The notes under the pieces were generated by a model that saw only the letters and a list, made by a program, of their open reading frames with translations, was not told the origin of the DNA and ran no database searches. Below, one piece after another: positions 9,294 through 19,280 of a stretch of DNA of 64,000 nt (positions within the stretch are counted from its first letter, which is position 1; every line of letters begins with the position of its first letter). The stretch comes from Thermoplasmatota archaeon (GTDB lineage: Archaea > Thermoplasmatota > JAKEGO01), in contig JANQNK010000004.1 of the NCBI GenBank assembly GCA_028279595.1, positions 64,001 to 128,000 of the forward strand. Reading direction: 5' to 3'. The position numbers and the translations under genes are program-made.

Positions 9294-11642
9294 CTGAAAG
9301 CAACCGCCTTTGTCCTGATATCGATCATGCTCATGACCGTCCTGGTACCTGTGGTCAGCTCGATCGAGCCTGCCAGTGGACCCGGGACCGCATTCGAACG
9401 ACCTGATGGGGACCCCGTTCTGCAGTGGGGCCTGGGCCTTATCATGGAGGACGCCGCGGACGACGAGCCATTCGAGGTCATAGTCCAGTTCCACGATCCG
9501 CTGACCAAGAGAACCACGGAAACGGTGGAAGCACTCGGATTCGAGGTCTACAGGGAGATCCCCCTGTTCGATGCCCTCTTCATGGAAGGAGCGAAGGCAT
9601 CCATCCTTACGCTTGCGGGGCGCGATGACGTTGAATTCATCGAATACAACGCACCGATGCAAAATCACATGAACCTCAGCGCCAAGACAATATCGGCCAC
9701 GGACGTCTGGAACAGGCAGGTCCTCAGGGATGACGGCGAGGAGACGATAGACGGAACTGGAGTTACGGTCGTCGTCCTCGATTCCGGCATCGACGGGACC
9801 CACCCCGACCTGCCATACACCCCCGTCAACATCGAGGGGGGATCGAGGCCGCAGAAGGGTGACAAGGTCATATTCAACGCCAAGAAGGACCAGGACATCA
9901 TCGGGGAGCCGTGGGTCCAGTTCATCGACACTGACACGACCTCCGGCCATGGTACGCATTGCGCCGGGACGGTCGGCGGTACCGGCGCTGCGGCCGCAGG
10001 CGCAAAGGCTGGCATCGCTCCGAACGCGTGGCTGATAGGCTTGAGCATGGGCGAGCTCTTCATGACGATCGACGAGTACTCCGGACTCGAGTGGGTCTAC
10101 GAGCATTCGCGCCCGGGTGACAATCCGGCCAACATCAGGGTCGTGACCAACAGCTGGGGACCGGGATGGCCGTTCGACGCCCTCGACCCCAACGAACTCT
10201 CGTCGCAGATGATCGACAAGATAGTCACAGAGAACAACGTCGCGGTGATCTTCGCAGCCGGGAACGACGGCAGCGACAACCACGATGGTTCTTCCGACAC
10301 GACCAACATATTCGCGAAGGTGCCCGTGTCGATAGGCGTGGCCGCCACCCAGAGGGACGGATCCGGATTGGCGACGTTCACATCGAGGGGTGACGTGACC
10401 ATGAACGAGACCTGGCCGGACGTCGGCGCCCCGGGCGTCGGGATCTGGGCCCCCGCCGCTAGGGTGACGATGATCGGGGCTGCGACCATGGGAAGCGACA
10501 TCATCAGCCTCAGACAGCACGATCCCTACTACATGGCCATCAGCGGGACGAGCATGGCGACGCCGCATGTCGCTGGCCTCACGGCGCTGCTTTGGCAAGC
10601 CTGTCCGAGCCTGACCATGAGCGACGTGGTCGAGGACGGCCACACGGCAGACGAGACCGGCCTCTCGCCGTTCATGCACGAGACCGAGGTAATCCTGAAG
10701 GCGACCGCCGATTACATAGAGCAGGACGGCGACAATGGCGTGCCGGACAGCGACACCGTGGAGATAGGGCTCCTTGACAGACCTTACGATTATGCCCAGG
10801 GTTACGGAATGGTGAACTCCACCAAGGCAGTGGCCGTCGCCCTGATGCTGGACAAGATGAGGGACACCGACCACGACGGGAAGGTGGACAATGAGGACGT
10901 TACGGTATTCGACGCGATCAAGAAATACGAGAGCATCCTGATGGACCGCTTCGAGTCGCGAAGCGTCGATGTGATCACGACGTCGTTCGAGGGCCAGTTC
11001 GTCCATCCCTGGGAGGTCATCGATACTGTCCTCAACCAGTCGGCCCCGATGTACGGCCGGCGGATACCCCATACGAACCTGTACAAGACCCTCTACATCC
11101 CCGAGGACGCACTCGACCTCCACATAGTCATGGACATCGACCAGTTATCGGGGGGCCTAAACGTAGCCGACCTTTACATCACGATCGACGTCGACGGGGA
11201 CGGCGACGAGGACTGGACCCCGGACGGGGAACCGAATCCCCTGGCCATCCAGGACCAGAAGGAGTGGTACATCCACATCTCCACCGGCTTCATGAGCGAT
11301 TGGCGGGGTAGACCGTGGGGTTTCAATGTTACCGGTACGGCCTGGGGATGGGACCCCGAGGACCGTTTCGGCGCCCACTTCGAGGTCGAGATCGAGGTGA
11401 TACTCGACAGCGTGAAGGATCCCACGGTGGACTACGCACCCTACAGGTTCGGTACTAGGACCGACAACTACGGGGGGGGAGAGACCACCCTGCATCTCTA
11501 CTACTTCGATCTGAGGTCCGACCAGGGGGACGATGACGACTCCTCCGTGGTCTTCGACATGGTTCCCATGATAATCGGACTGATGGCAGTCGCGGGAGTC
11601 GCCTATTTCATCCTCACGAAGAGGAAGGACACGACGGAATGA
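9294..11642 (+). CDS. Membrane-anchored subtilisin-like serine protease (S8)
   Basis: Catalytic motifs VLDSGIDG, HGTHCAG, FAAGN and SGTSMATPHV; signal peptide; C-terminal TM plus basic tail. The track start is ATG 9327; an in-frame CTG at 9294 follows the RBS GGAGGTG. Confidence 0.92.
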   Translation: MKATAFVLISIMLMTVLVPVVSSIEPASGPGTAFERPDGDPVLQWGLGLIMEDAADDEPFEVIVQFHDPLTKRTTETVEALGFEVYREIPLFDALFMEGAKASILTLAGRDDVEFIEYNAPMQNHMNLSAKTISATDVWNRQVLRDDGEETIDGTGVTVVVLDSGIDGTHPDLPYTPVNIEGGSRPQKGDKVIFNAKKDQDIIGEPWVQFIDTDTTSGHGTHCAGTVGGTGAAAAGAKAGIAPNAWLIGLSMGELFMTIDEYSGLEWVYEHSRPGDNPANIRVVTNSWGPGWPFDALDPNELSSQMIDKIVTENNVAVIFAAGNDGSDNHDGSSDTTNIFAKVPVSIGVAATQRDGSGLATFTSRGDVTMNETWPDVGAPGVGIWAPAARVTMIGAATMGSDIISLRQHDPYYMAISGTSMATPHVAGLTALLWQACPSLTMSDVVEDGHTADETGLSPFMHETEVILKATADYIEQDGDNGVPDSDTVEIGLLDRPYDYAQGYGMVNSTKAVAVALMLDKMRDTDHDGKVDNEDVTVFDAIKKYESILMDRFESRSVDVITTSFEGQFVHPWEVIDTVLNQSAPMYGRRIPHTNLYKTLYIPEDALDLHIVMDIDQLSGGLNVADLYITIDVDGDGDEDWTPDGEPNPLAIQDQKEWYIHISTGFMSDWRGRPWGFNVTGTAWGWDPEDRFGAHFEVEIEVILDSVKDPTVDYAPYRFGTRTDNYGGGETTLHLYYFDLRSDQGDDDDSSVVFDMVPMIIGLMAVAGVAYFILTKRKDTTE

Positions 11643-11684
11643 GCGCGTGCCAGCATACGGATTTTTATAGTCCCAGTCCGTTCA

Positions 11685-12182
11685 ATGGACGGTGAGATGA
11701 TGGCGAGCGGCGACCAGCTGGAGAAGGGGCATATACACCTGGCGAACGGAGAGTACGACAAGGCCGTCAAGGCATTCAAGGCGGCCGTGAAGGAGGCGGA
11801 GGAGCCGGAGGGATTCTTCGGGCTGGCGGAGTCCGCATCGGCCCTGGCGAAGTACTCGGTCCAGGACATCGCAGGCTGGTACAGGAAGGCCATCGACCTG
11901 GATCCCGGGAACGTCTACTACAGGACGGCATATGCCGAGTTCTGCCTCGAGAACGGGATCTTCAATGCGGCGGAGGAGCAGTACCTGGCCGTCGCCGACC
12001 TGGACATCGAGAACGCTCATATCTACATGGCCGATTTCGCTGCCTCGTACGCGAAATGGGCTGTCGAGTTCCCGGAAAGGACAGGGCTAGAACCGGACCA
12101 GATCTCCCGGAAGGCGCTGGATTACGGCCTGAAGGCCCTGAACATGACCCCGGACGACGCCAAACGCCTCCTGGAAGGGTGA
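11685..12182 (+). CDS. TPR-repeat protein
   Basis: G...LANGEYDKAVKAF and YRKAIDLDPGN helical repeats; TTTTTATA promoter at ~11662. Confidence 0.75.
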   Translation: MDGEMMASGDQLEKGHIHLANGEYDKAVKAFKAAVKEAEEPEGFFGLAESASALAKYSVQDIAGWYRKAIDLDPGNVYYRTAYAEFCLENGIFNAAEEQYLAVADLDIENAHIYMADFAASYAKWAVEFPERTGLEPDQISRKALDYGLKALNMTPDDAKRLLEG

Positions 12183-12272
12183 AACGCCCATAACTGGTCG
12201 TATTTCCTGGGAGCCAACACATTTATATGTAATATTGGATTTCCTACCAGCAACAATCAAGGGGGTAAATGG

Positions 12273-12395
12273 ATGGACATATTTCCAACATGTCCTCAGT
12301 GTGAGGAGGGGAGGCTTCTTCCATTCTCACGGGGGGAGGATATATTCGAGCTTTGGAAATGCTCGCATTGCGGCTACACTGTTTACAAGAAGTGA
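12273..12395 (+). CDS. Small zinc-ribbon protein (40 aa), absent from the ORF track
   Basis: MDIFPTCPQCEEGRLLPFSRGEDIFELWKCSHCGYTVYKK*. Upstream TTTATAT (~12222) and a GGGGGT RBS-like motif; ends 15 nt before the aminotransferase. Confidence 0.75.
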   Translation: MDIFPTCPQCEEGRLLPFSRGEDIFELWKCSHCGYTVYKK

Positions 12396-12410
12396 ACGGG
12401 GAGGAAGGAA

Positions 12411-13622
12411 ATGTTCGAGGAGCTTTTCTCTAAGAGAACGCAAGCCATGAAGGCATCGGAGATAAGGGAGCTGCTGAAGCTCGTCACGTCGGACGACATC
12501 ATATCGTTCGCCGGGGGACTGCCCAACCCGAAGACGTTCCCGGCCAGCGAGCTGGCGGACGTATGCACGACGGTCCTGCAGGAGCATCAGGCCAAGGCGC
12601 TCCAGTATGGGACCACCGAGGGTGTTCTCAGCCTCAGGGAGGAGATCTGCAAGCGTATGAAGAGGACGATTGACCTGGACGTAGGTCCGGACAACATCGT
12701 CATCACATCCGGGTCCCAGCAGGGCCTGGACCTGCTTGGCAAGATGTTCATCGACCCGGGCGACGCCATCGTGGTAGAGGCTCCGTCCTACCTCGGAGCC
12801 GTCGGCGCCTTCAAATCATACGAGCCCAACTTCGTCGCGATCGAGCTCGACGATGACGGGATGAAGATCGATCTCCTCGAGGAGCAGCTCGCCAACCTCA
12901 AGAAGAGATTCGTTATCCCCAAGTTCGTCTACGTGGTCCCGACGTTCCAGAACCCCGCCGGGGTGACGATGACGGACAGCAGGCGCGACAAGCTCGTCGA
13001 ACTCTCGCATGAGTACGATTTCATCATCATCGAGGACTCGCCTTACGAAAACCTCAGGTACGCTGGAAAGGATATCAAACCGCTGATTGTCAAGGCGCCC
13101 GACCGTACACTGAATCTCGGAACGTTCTCCAAGACCTTCGCGCCCGGATTCAGGATCGCCTGGACCATGGGGCCGGCCGACCTGGTCAGGAAGGTCGTCA
13201 TATCCAAGCAGTCCGCGGACCTGTGCACCGCTCCCTTCTCGCAGTTCATCATCGCCGAATACATGTCGAGAGGGCTTCTCGACCCGCACATCGAGGAGAT
13301 CAAGAAGCTCTACAGCACCAAGCGGGACATAATGTTGAAGGCACTCGACGAGAACATGCCCGAGGAGGTCAGCTGGACGAAGCCGGAAGGAGGTCTTTTC
13401 CTGTGGGTAAGGGCGCCGTCCTACGTGGACACGAAGGACATGTTCCTCAGGGCTATCGAGAAGAAGGTAGCCTACGTGACCGGCACGGCGTTCTACGGCG
13501 ACGGCAGAGGCACCAACGAGATGCGTCTGAACTTCAGCTTCGAGACCGACGAGAGGATCCACACCGGAGTCGAGAGACTCGCCGAGGTCCTGAGGGACGA
13601 GATCAAGAGACAGTCCCCCTAG
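12411..13622 (+). CDS. PLP-dependent aminotransferase class I/II (LysN/ARO8-like)
   Basis: SEIRELL, ISFAGGLP, LQYG.TEG, GSQQGLDL, FQNPAG, EDSPY, GTFSKT.APG.R and MRLNFS motifs. Confidence 0.92.
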   Translation: MFEELFSKRTQAMKASEIRELLKLVTSDDIISFAGGLPNPKTFPASELADVCTTVLQEHQAKALQYGTTEGVLSLREEICKRMKRTIDLDVGPDNIVITSGSQQGLDLLGKMFIDPGDAIVVEAPSYLGAVGAFKSYEPNFVAIELDDDGMKIDLLEEQLANLKKRFVIPKFVYVVPTFQNPAGVTMTDSRRDKLVELSHEYDFIIIEDSPYENLRYAGKDIKPLIVKAPDRTLNLGTFSKTFAPGFRIAWTMGPADLVRKVVISKQSADLCTAPFSQFIIAEYMSRGLLDPHIEEIKKLYSTKRDIMLKALDENMPEEVSWTKPEGGLFLWVRAPSYVDTKDMFLRAIEKKVAYVTGTAFYGDGRGTNEMRLNFSFETDERIHTGVERLAEVLRDEIKRQSP

Positions 13623-13680
13623 GGTTCCCTGGAACGTGATTAACAGATCGATAGGTCAGTGATAACTGGGGTCCGTTCCA

Positions 13681-15552
13681 TCACTTCTTCTTGACCCTGT
13701 CCACGATGCCCTGGAATATCTCTTTGGCCTCGTTGTACTTGGTGACGTCCTTCAGGAGTGGCGTTAACCTTTCAATATCCCCCTGGAGGGCTGGGGCCTT
13801 GATCTTCGACACGACCGTCTGCATCTTGTTCAGGCGCTCGACGCGCTGCTCGAAGACAGTGAAGTTCTTGTTTATCTTAGCCTGATCGCCTGTGGCAACG
13901 ATCTTCTCCAGTATCGCGACGTCGAAACCGTCGGCCTTCCACTTGGCGATCGTGGCGGCGACGTCGTCCCCCTCGTCAGCCGCGGGAGCGGGCTCGGGGG
14001 GTGCTGGTGCCGGTTCAGGCACAGGCGGGGCCTTCGCGGGCTGGGCGAGATGGGCCTCGGCCTTCGCAAGCGTGCTCATGAGATCGTCCAGGAGCTTCCT
14101 GGCCTCGCCGACGCGATCGGGTTCGGAGAGCAGAACGAGGATACTCTGCTTTACCTTGTCCCCCTCGTGCAGGTCGAGGGCGTCCAGTTCCTCGCGCAGT
14201 GATGCGGCCTTCGCCACGTTATCGATGAATGCCGGATACTTTGCCTCGAATCCCGCGACATCACTGTCCAGGAGGCCCATCATCTTGTCGATGTTGTAAC
14301 CCTGCTCCCTGAGGACCCTGAGGTCCTCCTTGTACTCCGCCTTCTTGTCCTTCGGAGCGGCTGGTTCAGGGGGAGCCTCCTCGCCCTCGATGTCGATCTT
14401 CTTCATTCCCTCGATCCGATCGGAAAGGGTATCGACCTCGGCCATGAGCTTGTCGAGCTCCTTTTCGATGGTCTCACCCGTTCCGGACTCACCCGTCTCC
14501 TCGATCCCCGCGGTCTTCATCATCTGCTCGCCGAGCTCTGACGTCAGTGCAGACATCTTCTCCTCGGGGGTGGGCGCAGGCGCCTCGACCGGGGGTGGTG
14601 CCTCCGGTGCGGGTTCAGGTTCGGGCTTCGGTTCTGGCTCGGGCTCGGGTTCCGGTTCAGGTTCAGGCTCGGGTTCCGGCGCCTTCTCGGGCTCCTTCGC
14701 TGCTGGCGCGGGAGCCTTCTTTGCCGGCTTGCCCGGCTTGACGTGCTCCGCGAAGTCCTTCGGCAGCTCGGGGACGGTATCTCCCACTGTCATTCCGAGC
14801 CTCTCGATGATCTCCTCGGCGAGGGCCAGATAGGCCTTTGCGCCCTTGTGATAGGGCATGTAGTAGATGATCGGCTTTCCGACGTCCGGAGCCTCTGCGA
14901 GCTTGATGGTCCTCGGGATGATGGTCTCGAAGACGAGCGGGCCCATTGCCTTCTTGACCTCCTCGACCATCCTCTTCGAGAGGCGTGTCCTTGCGTCGTA
15001 CATTGTCATGAGCACACCGTCGATGACGAGGTCGGAGTTGATGTTGTCCATGACGAGCTTGACCGTGTCCAGCAGCTTGCTGAGACCCTCGAGCGCGTAA
15101 TACTCGCACTGTAGGGGAATGATGACAGAATCGGACGCACTGAGGTTGTTGATCGTGAGGAGACCCAGTGATGGAGGACTGTCGAGAATGATGAAATCGT
15201 ACTCGTCCCTTATCGAACCGAGCTTCCTCTTCAGGATCGTCTCCCTGTATATCTCCGAGACGAGCTCCAATTCGGCGGCCGCGAGGTTGACGTCCGAGGG
15301 GACCAGGAAGAGGTTCTCCCATTCTGTCGGCATGACGACGTCCTCGATCGGCAGGCGGCCGATCATGACCTCGTAGATCGTCTTACCGGGGGGCGGAGCC
15401 GTTCCGAGGCCGGTGGCAAGGTTGCCCTGGGAATCGGTGTCGATGAGAAGCACCTTCTTGCCGATCTTTGCAAGACAAGCGCCGAGACTGATGGATGTGG
15501 TCGTCTTGCCCACACCACCCTTCTGGTTTGCGATCACGATCACGCGTCCCAT
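13681..15552 (-). CDS. parA: ParA/Soj-family ATPase with long C-terminal extension
   Basis: NQKGGVGKTT, D.DSQGN, DSPPSLGLLT and PLQCEYYALEGL in the first ~255 aa. These are followed by a PE-repeat linker and two helical repeat domains. Confidence 0.88.
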   Translation of the reverse strand: MGRVIVIANQKGGVGKTTTSISLGACLAKIGKKVLLIDTDSQGNLATGLGTAPPPGKTIYEVMIGRLPIEDVVMPTEWENLFLVPSDVNLAAAELELVSEIYRETILKRKLGSIRDEYDFIILDSPPSLGLLTINNLSASDSVIIPLQCEYYALEGLSKLLDTVKLVMDNINSDLVIDGVLMTMYDARTRLSKRMVEEVKKAMGPLVFETIIPRTIKLAEAPDVGKPIIYYMPYHKGAKAYLALAEEIIERLGMTVGDTVPELPKDFAEHVKPGKPAKKAPAPAAKEPEKAPEPEPEPEPEPEPEPEPKPEPEPAPEAPPPVEAPAPTPEEKMSALTSELGEQMMKTAGIEETGESGTGETIEKELDKLMAEVDTLSDRIEGMKKIDIEGEEAPPEPAAPKDKKAEYKEDLRVLREQGYNIDKMMGLLDSDVAGFEAKYPAFIDNVAKAASLREELDALDLHEGDKVKQSILVLLSEPDRVGEARKLLDDLMSTLAKAEAHLAQPAKAPPVPEPAPAPPEPAPAADEGDDVAATIAKWKADGFDVAILEKIVATGDQAKINKNFTVFEQRVERLNKMQTVVSKIKAPALQGDIERLTPLLKDVTKYNEAKEIFQGIVDRVKKK

Positions 15553-15582
15553 ATCTTCACCTTGTTTCGACGTCGAACTCCC

Positions 15583-16314
15583 TCATGTCTCGATGAGGGT
15601 GTCAAGTTCCTGGCTCAGTTTCTTCAGTTCGTCTATGCCCTCGCTGATGGCTTCCTCGAAGCTCTTGCCGTCGTCCTCCAGATCCTCGTCGGGCGAGGGT
15701 CCGGGTTCCGGTTCCGCGGGTTCTGGTCTAGGAGCGTTCACCGTCAGCAACGGTGCCGGTTTCGCTTGCTCGGGCGCGGCTGTCACAACTGGCTCCGCGA
15801 TGACCTCGACCGGCACCGGTTCTCCGTCCTCGTGCTCGGCTGAGGGCTTCTTCTCGCTCTCCAGCTCCTTCACCTGTTCGGACACCTTCGCGAAGAGTCC
15901 GGTCAGACCCCGGCCCTTCTCGCCGTTCGTCGGCGAGTGCCGCAAGGCTTCCAGGCGCCGCTGCCTTCGTTCCTCGATGAGTGCCTTCTTGTCCTCGTTG
16001 GTCAGGACGAGCTTTGCCTCGGGGTTTGCGGCGATCACGGCATCGATGGCCTGCACGGTCCATTCGAACTGGTCCGTCCAGGTGCCTTTCAGGGACTTGA
16101 TCCTGTCGAGGGCCTCCTTGCCCAGCCATCTGCCCTCGTCGTCGATGAACTCGGCCGCCTGGGCCTCCCCGTTGACCGCCAGAAGGGCGGCATCGGCCGA
16201 CTCCTCGATTCCTGCGATAAGTAGATAACCGGTGACGGACCGACTTTTGATGATCTCAAGCGGGTCGCCGTCAAGCCCCTCCTGAACCCTCGTCCCTTCT
16301 AATGCCTCCATCAT
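15583..16314 (-). CDS. Hypothetical protein with DUF2226-like N-terminal domain and acidic/Pro-rich tail
   Basis: TGYLLI...LL..NGE..AAEF...G..ALDRI pattern resembles DUF2226 (from memory); co-oriented 30 nt upstream of parA. Confidence 0.6.
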   Translation of the reverse strand: MMEALEGTRVQEGLDGDPLEIIKSRSVTGYLLIAGIEESADAALLAVNGEAQAAEFIDDEGRWLGKEALDRIKSLKGTWTDQFEWTVQAIDAVIAANPEAKLVLTNEDKKALIEERRQRRLEALRHSPTNGEKGRGLTGLFAKVSEQVKELESEKKPSAEHEDGEPVPVEVIAEPVVTAAPEQAKPAPLLTVNAPRPEPAEPEPGPSPDEDLEDDGKSFEEAISEGIDELKKLSQELDTLIET

Positions 16315-16564
16315 ACGGATCGCCTGTCAGAGGCGTGTCTTTCCGCGCCCATGGGTTGGCGATAATGTACTTTTATCTATAAAAGGGTATTGAGATTGTA
16401 ACCATTACTGGACCTTAATCCACCATCGTGAATTACCCACCTCCCAGGCACCATCATTTCCTGTGGAGATGAGGGGTATTCCGGGACTTCCGGCAGGCCG
16501 ATCATCAGCATTGCTGTTCCTGGTGATGAAAAGGGGTCTAGATATTGGATATATTCCAGGTCGA

Positions 16565-17668
16565 TCATCGGCGTCTTCGTACCAATATCACCGCTGCCGG
16601 GACCGCCAGGGCGATCAGGACCGCTTCGAAGCCTGGAAGCCAGCCGTCATCGTCGTCGTCTCCATCGCCGTCGCCGTTGTCCGGACCGTCGGGATCGGTA
16701 TCGATCATGATGTTCATCGTGATCTCTTGGCTTACGGTCATGTTCTCCTCAAGGTCGTAGTAGAACATGAAGCTGAAAGTGTCCGATGTAAAACCGTTGA
16801 TCGTTTCTGAGGTAACGGGATCGTCGGGGATGTCAATGATCACAACGACGGATTCCATGTCCTCAGAAGCAACGAGGAAAATGAACTCTGGGTCCATCTT
16901 CGTATCGGCGTCGACCGCGACAGTCTGGGGCCATAGACCGGGATCGTAGGTCTGATTGCATGTGACGTTGATATCCATGGTCCCAGGATTGTTGAGCTCG
17001 ATGACGAAGGTAGCCTCTTCACCGGGTGCTACGGTATCGTTCAGAGACAATACGCCGAAGTCGATCCCCGCTACCGAGTAGTTGCGTCCAGGCATCAGAT
17101 AGCTCTGGGCGGTGTCGCCCTGCTCGCGGGTTCCGCCGTAGGGGGTCCTCCAGACCGCGGCCCATGGCTTCGTGATCATTCCGGCCGGGGCTAGGCCGAC
17201 GTCGCCCTTGACCACGAAATAGGTGATCGTTCCAGCGTTGGAGTCCCAGTCGCCATCTATGTTCTGGGCGTCGGACTCGCTGCTGACGGACCCGTTCTCG
17301 TCGTATGTGACCGTCCGGAGCTCGTATCCAGCCTGTGTCCAGCCGGTGCCGAAGTTGAAGATTGAAACGACGACCCAGTTTGCTTCGCCAACGGAGAAGT
17401 AGACCTCGTACTCGAGGGTCTGCATGTTGGTCTGGACTGGCGGAAGCGTGTATATCTCCAGTGTGCAGTTGAGCTGGGTGCCGTTCTCGCCGTCGAACCA
17501 GGCCCACTCGATGTCGTCATCGTCCTCGTCATCGTCACCAGCAGCGTCTGGCTCGCCCTCGTCGATGACCTCGGGGTCCACTGAACTGCCCGCCTCGGCA
17601 TAGCCGACGGTGAGCACGAACATCAACGCTATCAAGAACGCTATGAGAAGTACGTGGCCGTTCCTCAT
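16565..17668 (-). CDS. Secreted acidic surface protein with PGF-CTERM
   Basis: Signal peptide from ATG 17668 (track 17716); C-terminal DDDDGWLPGFE-TM-RRRR. Confidence 0.8.
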   Translation of the reverse strand: MRNGHVLLIAFLIALMFVLTVGYAEAGSSVDPEVIDEGEPDAAGDDDEDDDDIEWAWFDGENGTQLNCTLEIYTLPPVQTNMQTLEYEVYFSVGEANWVVVSIFNFGTGWTQAGYELRTVTYDENGSVSSESDAQNIDGDWDSNAGTITYFVVKGDVGLAPAGMITKPWAAVWRTPYGGTREQGDTAQSYLMPGRNYSVAGIDFGVLSLNDTVAPGEEATFVIELNNPGTMDINVTCNQTYDPGLWPQTVAVDADTKMDPEFIFLVASEDMESVVVIIDIPDDPVTSETINGFTSDTFSFMFYYDLEENMTVSQEITMNIMIDTDPDGPDNGDGDGDDDDDGWLPGFEAVLIALAVPAAVILVRRRR

Positions 17669-17799
17669 TCTATCACCGGTCCGTCCATTCCTCCAGAATG
17701 TAATAAACCTTTCCATTGCCAGTATGACGACCCGTAGCAGGGAGTGGCGCTATAGGCAACGCTGTCCGGGGGAGTGAAAATGGGAAAAATGGGGGGGGA

Positions 17800-18345
17800 T
17801 CACGCAAGGATGCCGGTCTTCCGGATCTCTTCCGTGATCTTCTCGATGGCCCGCTTGTTCTCGTCCATCTTGGTAGTGCCTGTGCAGACGATCTTGCCGG
17901 ACTTGAACAGCAGGATGGTAGCCTTGGGTTCCTCCATCCGGTAGATGAGACCTGGGAACTCCTCGGGAACGTATTCTATCCTCTCTATGCCGAGGGAGCC
18001 AACGAGCTTGCTGAGCCTTAGCTCCTTTCCGACGTCCGTCACGGACACGATATCCTGAATGTGGATCTCGATGTTCCCAGTGAGGGGTGCGCCGGCAGCC
18101 GTCAGCTTCTGTACGAGGGCGCCCATCGCCGCCCTAAGTTCCTTGAGGTTCTTGCACCCCGTGGTCACGACCTTGCCCGACCTCAGTATGAGGAAACCGA
18201 CCTTCGGCTCATCCAGGTTGTATATCAGACCCGGGAACGCCGTTGGATCGAAGTCGGTCACGCCCAGCTTCTCTGCTAGCGGGGACAGGTCGAACTCCTT
18301 TGCGATGGTGCAGGATGCGACTATGTTCTCTATGGTCGTCTCCAT
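17800..18345 (-). CDS. tbp: TATA-box-binding protein (divergent paralog)
   Basis: Two direct repeats: IENIVAS...FPGLIY...PKV..LILRSGKVVTTG and IQDIVS...FPGLIYR..EPKATILLFKSGKIVCTG. Confidence 0.9.
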   Translation of the reverse strand: METTIENIVASCTIAKEFDLSPLAEKLGVTDFDPTAFPGLIYNLDEPKVGFLILRSGKVVTTGCKNLKELRAAMGALVQKLTAAGAPLTGNIEIHIQDIVSVTDVGKELRLSKLVGSLGIERIEYVPEEFPGLIYRMEEPKATILLFKSGKIVCTGTTKMDENKRAIEKITEEIRKTGILA

Positions 18346-18392
18346 CGGATATCAGTCCTTGCCGGTATTGCAGGTTCAGGTGGACGGCGGGA

Positions 18393-19052
18393 TCAGAGGG
18401 CTTCCTCTTCCTCTTCTTCCTCTTCGTCCTCGTCCTCGAACTCGACACCGCAGACCGGACACTCCATCGCGTCGGCGGGGATCATGGCGCCGCAGTTCGG
18501 GCACTCCACCTGATCGTCGTCGAGCTCTTCCTCTTCCTCCTCCGGCTCGGGGAGGGGTGCACCGCACTCGGGGCATTCCGTTGCATCGGGGTCCTCGATG
18601 ACTGCGCCGCACTCCGGGCAATCCCTGATCGCCTCTTCCTCGAAGCTCAACGGTGCGCCGCACTCCGGGCACTCGGTGGCATACGGGTCGGTGATCATCG
18701 CACCGCACTCCGGGCAGTCCCTGACCTCTTCCATCGGCTCAAGGGGCGCTCCACACTCGGGGCACTCCGTCGCCATCGGGTCTGCGATGTAGGCACCGCA
18801 TTCCAGACAGTTCCGCTCCATTTCCTCTATCTCCGCTGGGGCGGCTCCGCCCATCATCATCCCCATGAGAAGGATGATAACACCCAACACTAGCACTCCG
18901 ACCCCTGCGTAGACGTACATCATCTGGGTGTCGCCGACCTCGCTGTTCCCCGTGTCCAGGGCTTCTATATCATCAGCTTTGTAGGCGACCATGGCCCCGA
19001 TGAGACCCAGTATCAGTACGATAAGGCCGATCCAAACCAACATCTTGTTCAT
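18393..19052 (-). CDS. Two-TM membrane protein with multiple CPxCG zinc ribbons and acidic tail
   Basis: N-terminal TM hairpin; eight CxxCG motifs, including three tandem R(N/D)CxECGAxIxDPxATECPECGAPL units; poly-E end. Confidence 0.8.
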   Translation of the reverse strand: MNKMLVWIGLIVLILGLIGAMVAYKADDIEALDTGNSEVGDTQMMYVYAGVGVLVLGVIILLMGMMMGGAAPAEIEEMERNCLECGAYIADPMATECPECGAPLEPMEEVRDCPECGAMITDPYATECPECGAPLSFEEEAIRDCPECGAVIEDPDATECPECGAPLPEPEEEEEELDDDQVECPNCGAMIPADAMECPVCGVEFEDEDEEEEEEEEAL

Positions 19053-19280
19053 TCATCACACCTCCAAGGTCGAGCTCGTTCTCGACCTGCAAGGTAGTTC
19101 TCGACATCCCATGAGACCCACCTAGCACCAATGATATTTCTGGCGGCGTTTATAAAGTTTTGGATTTTCCCAGTGCCGGAAATCGACGTACTGGAACATC
19201 GTCGAAACGAGGAGGGATTTGGCCGGTCGCACGGCCCGTTCTCGGTGATTTTCGAGATGGCCCGCGCTGAAAGAATTTAT

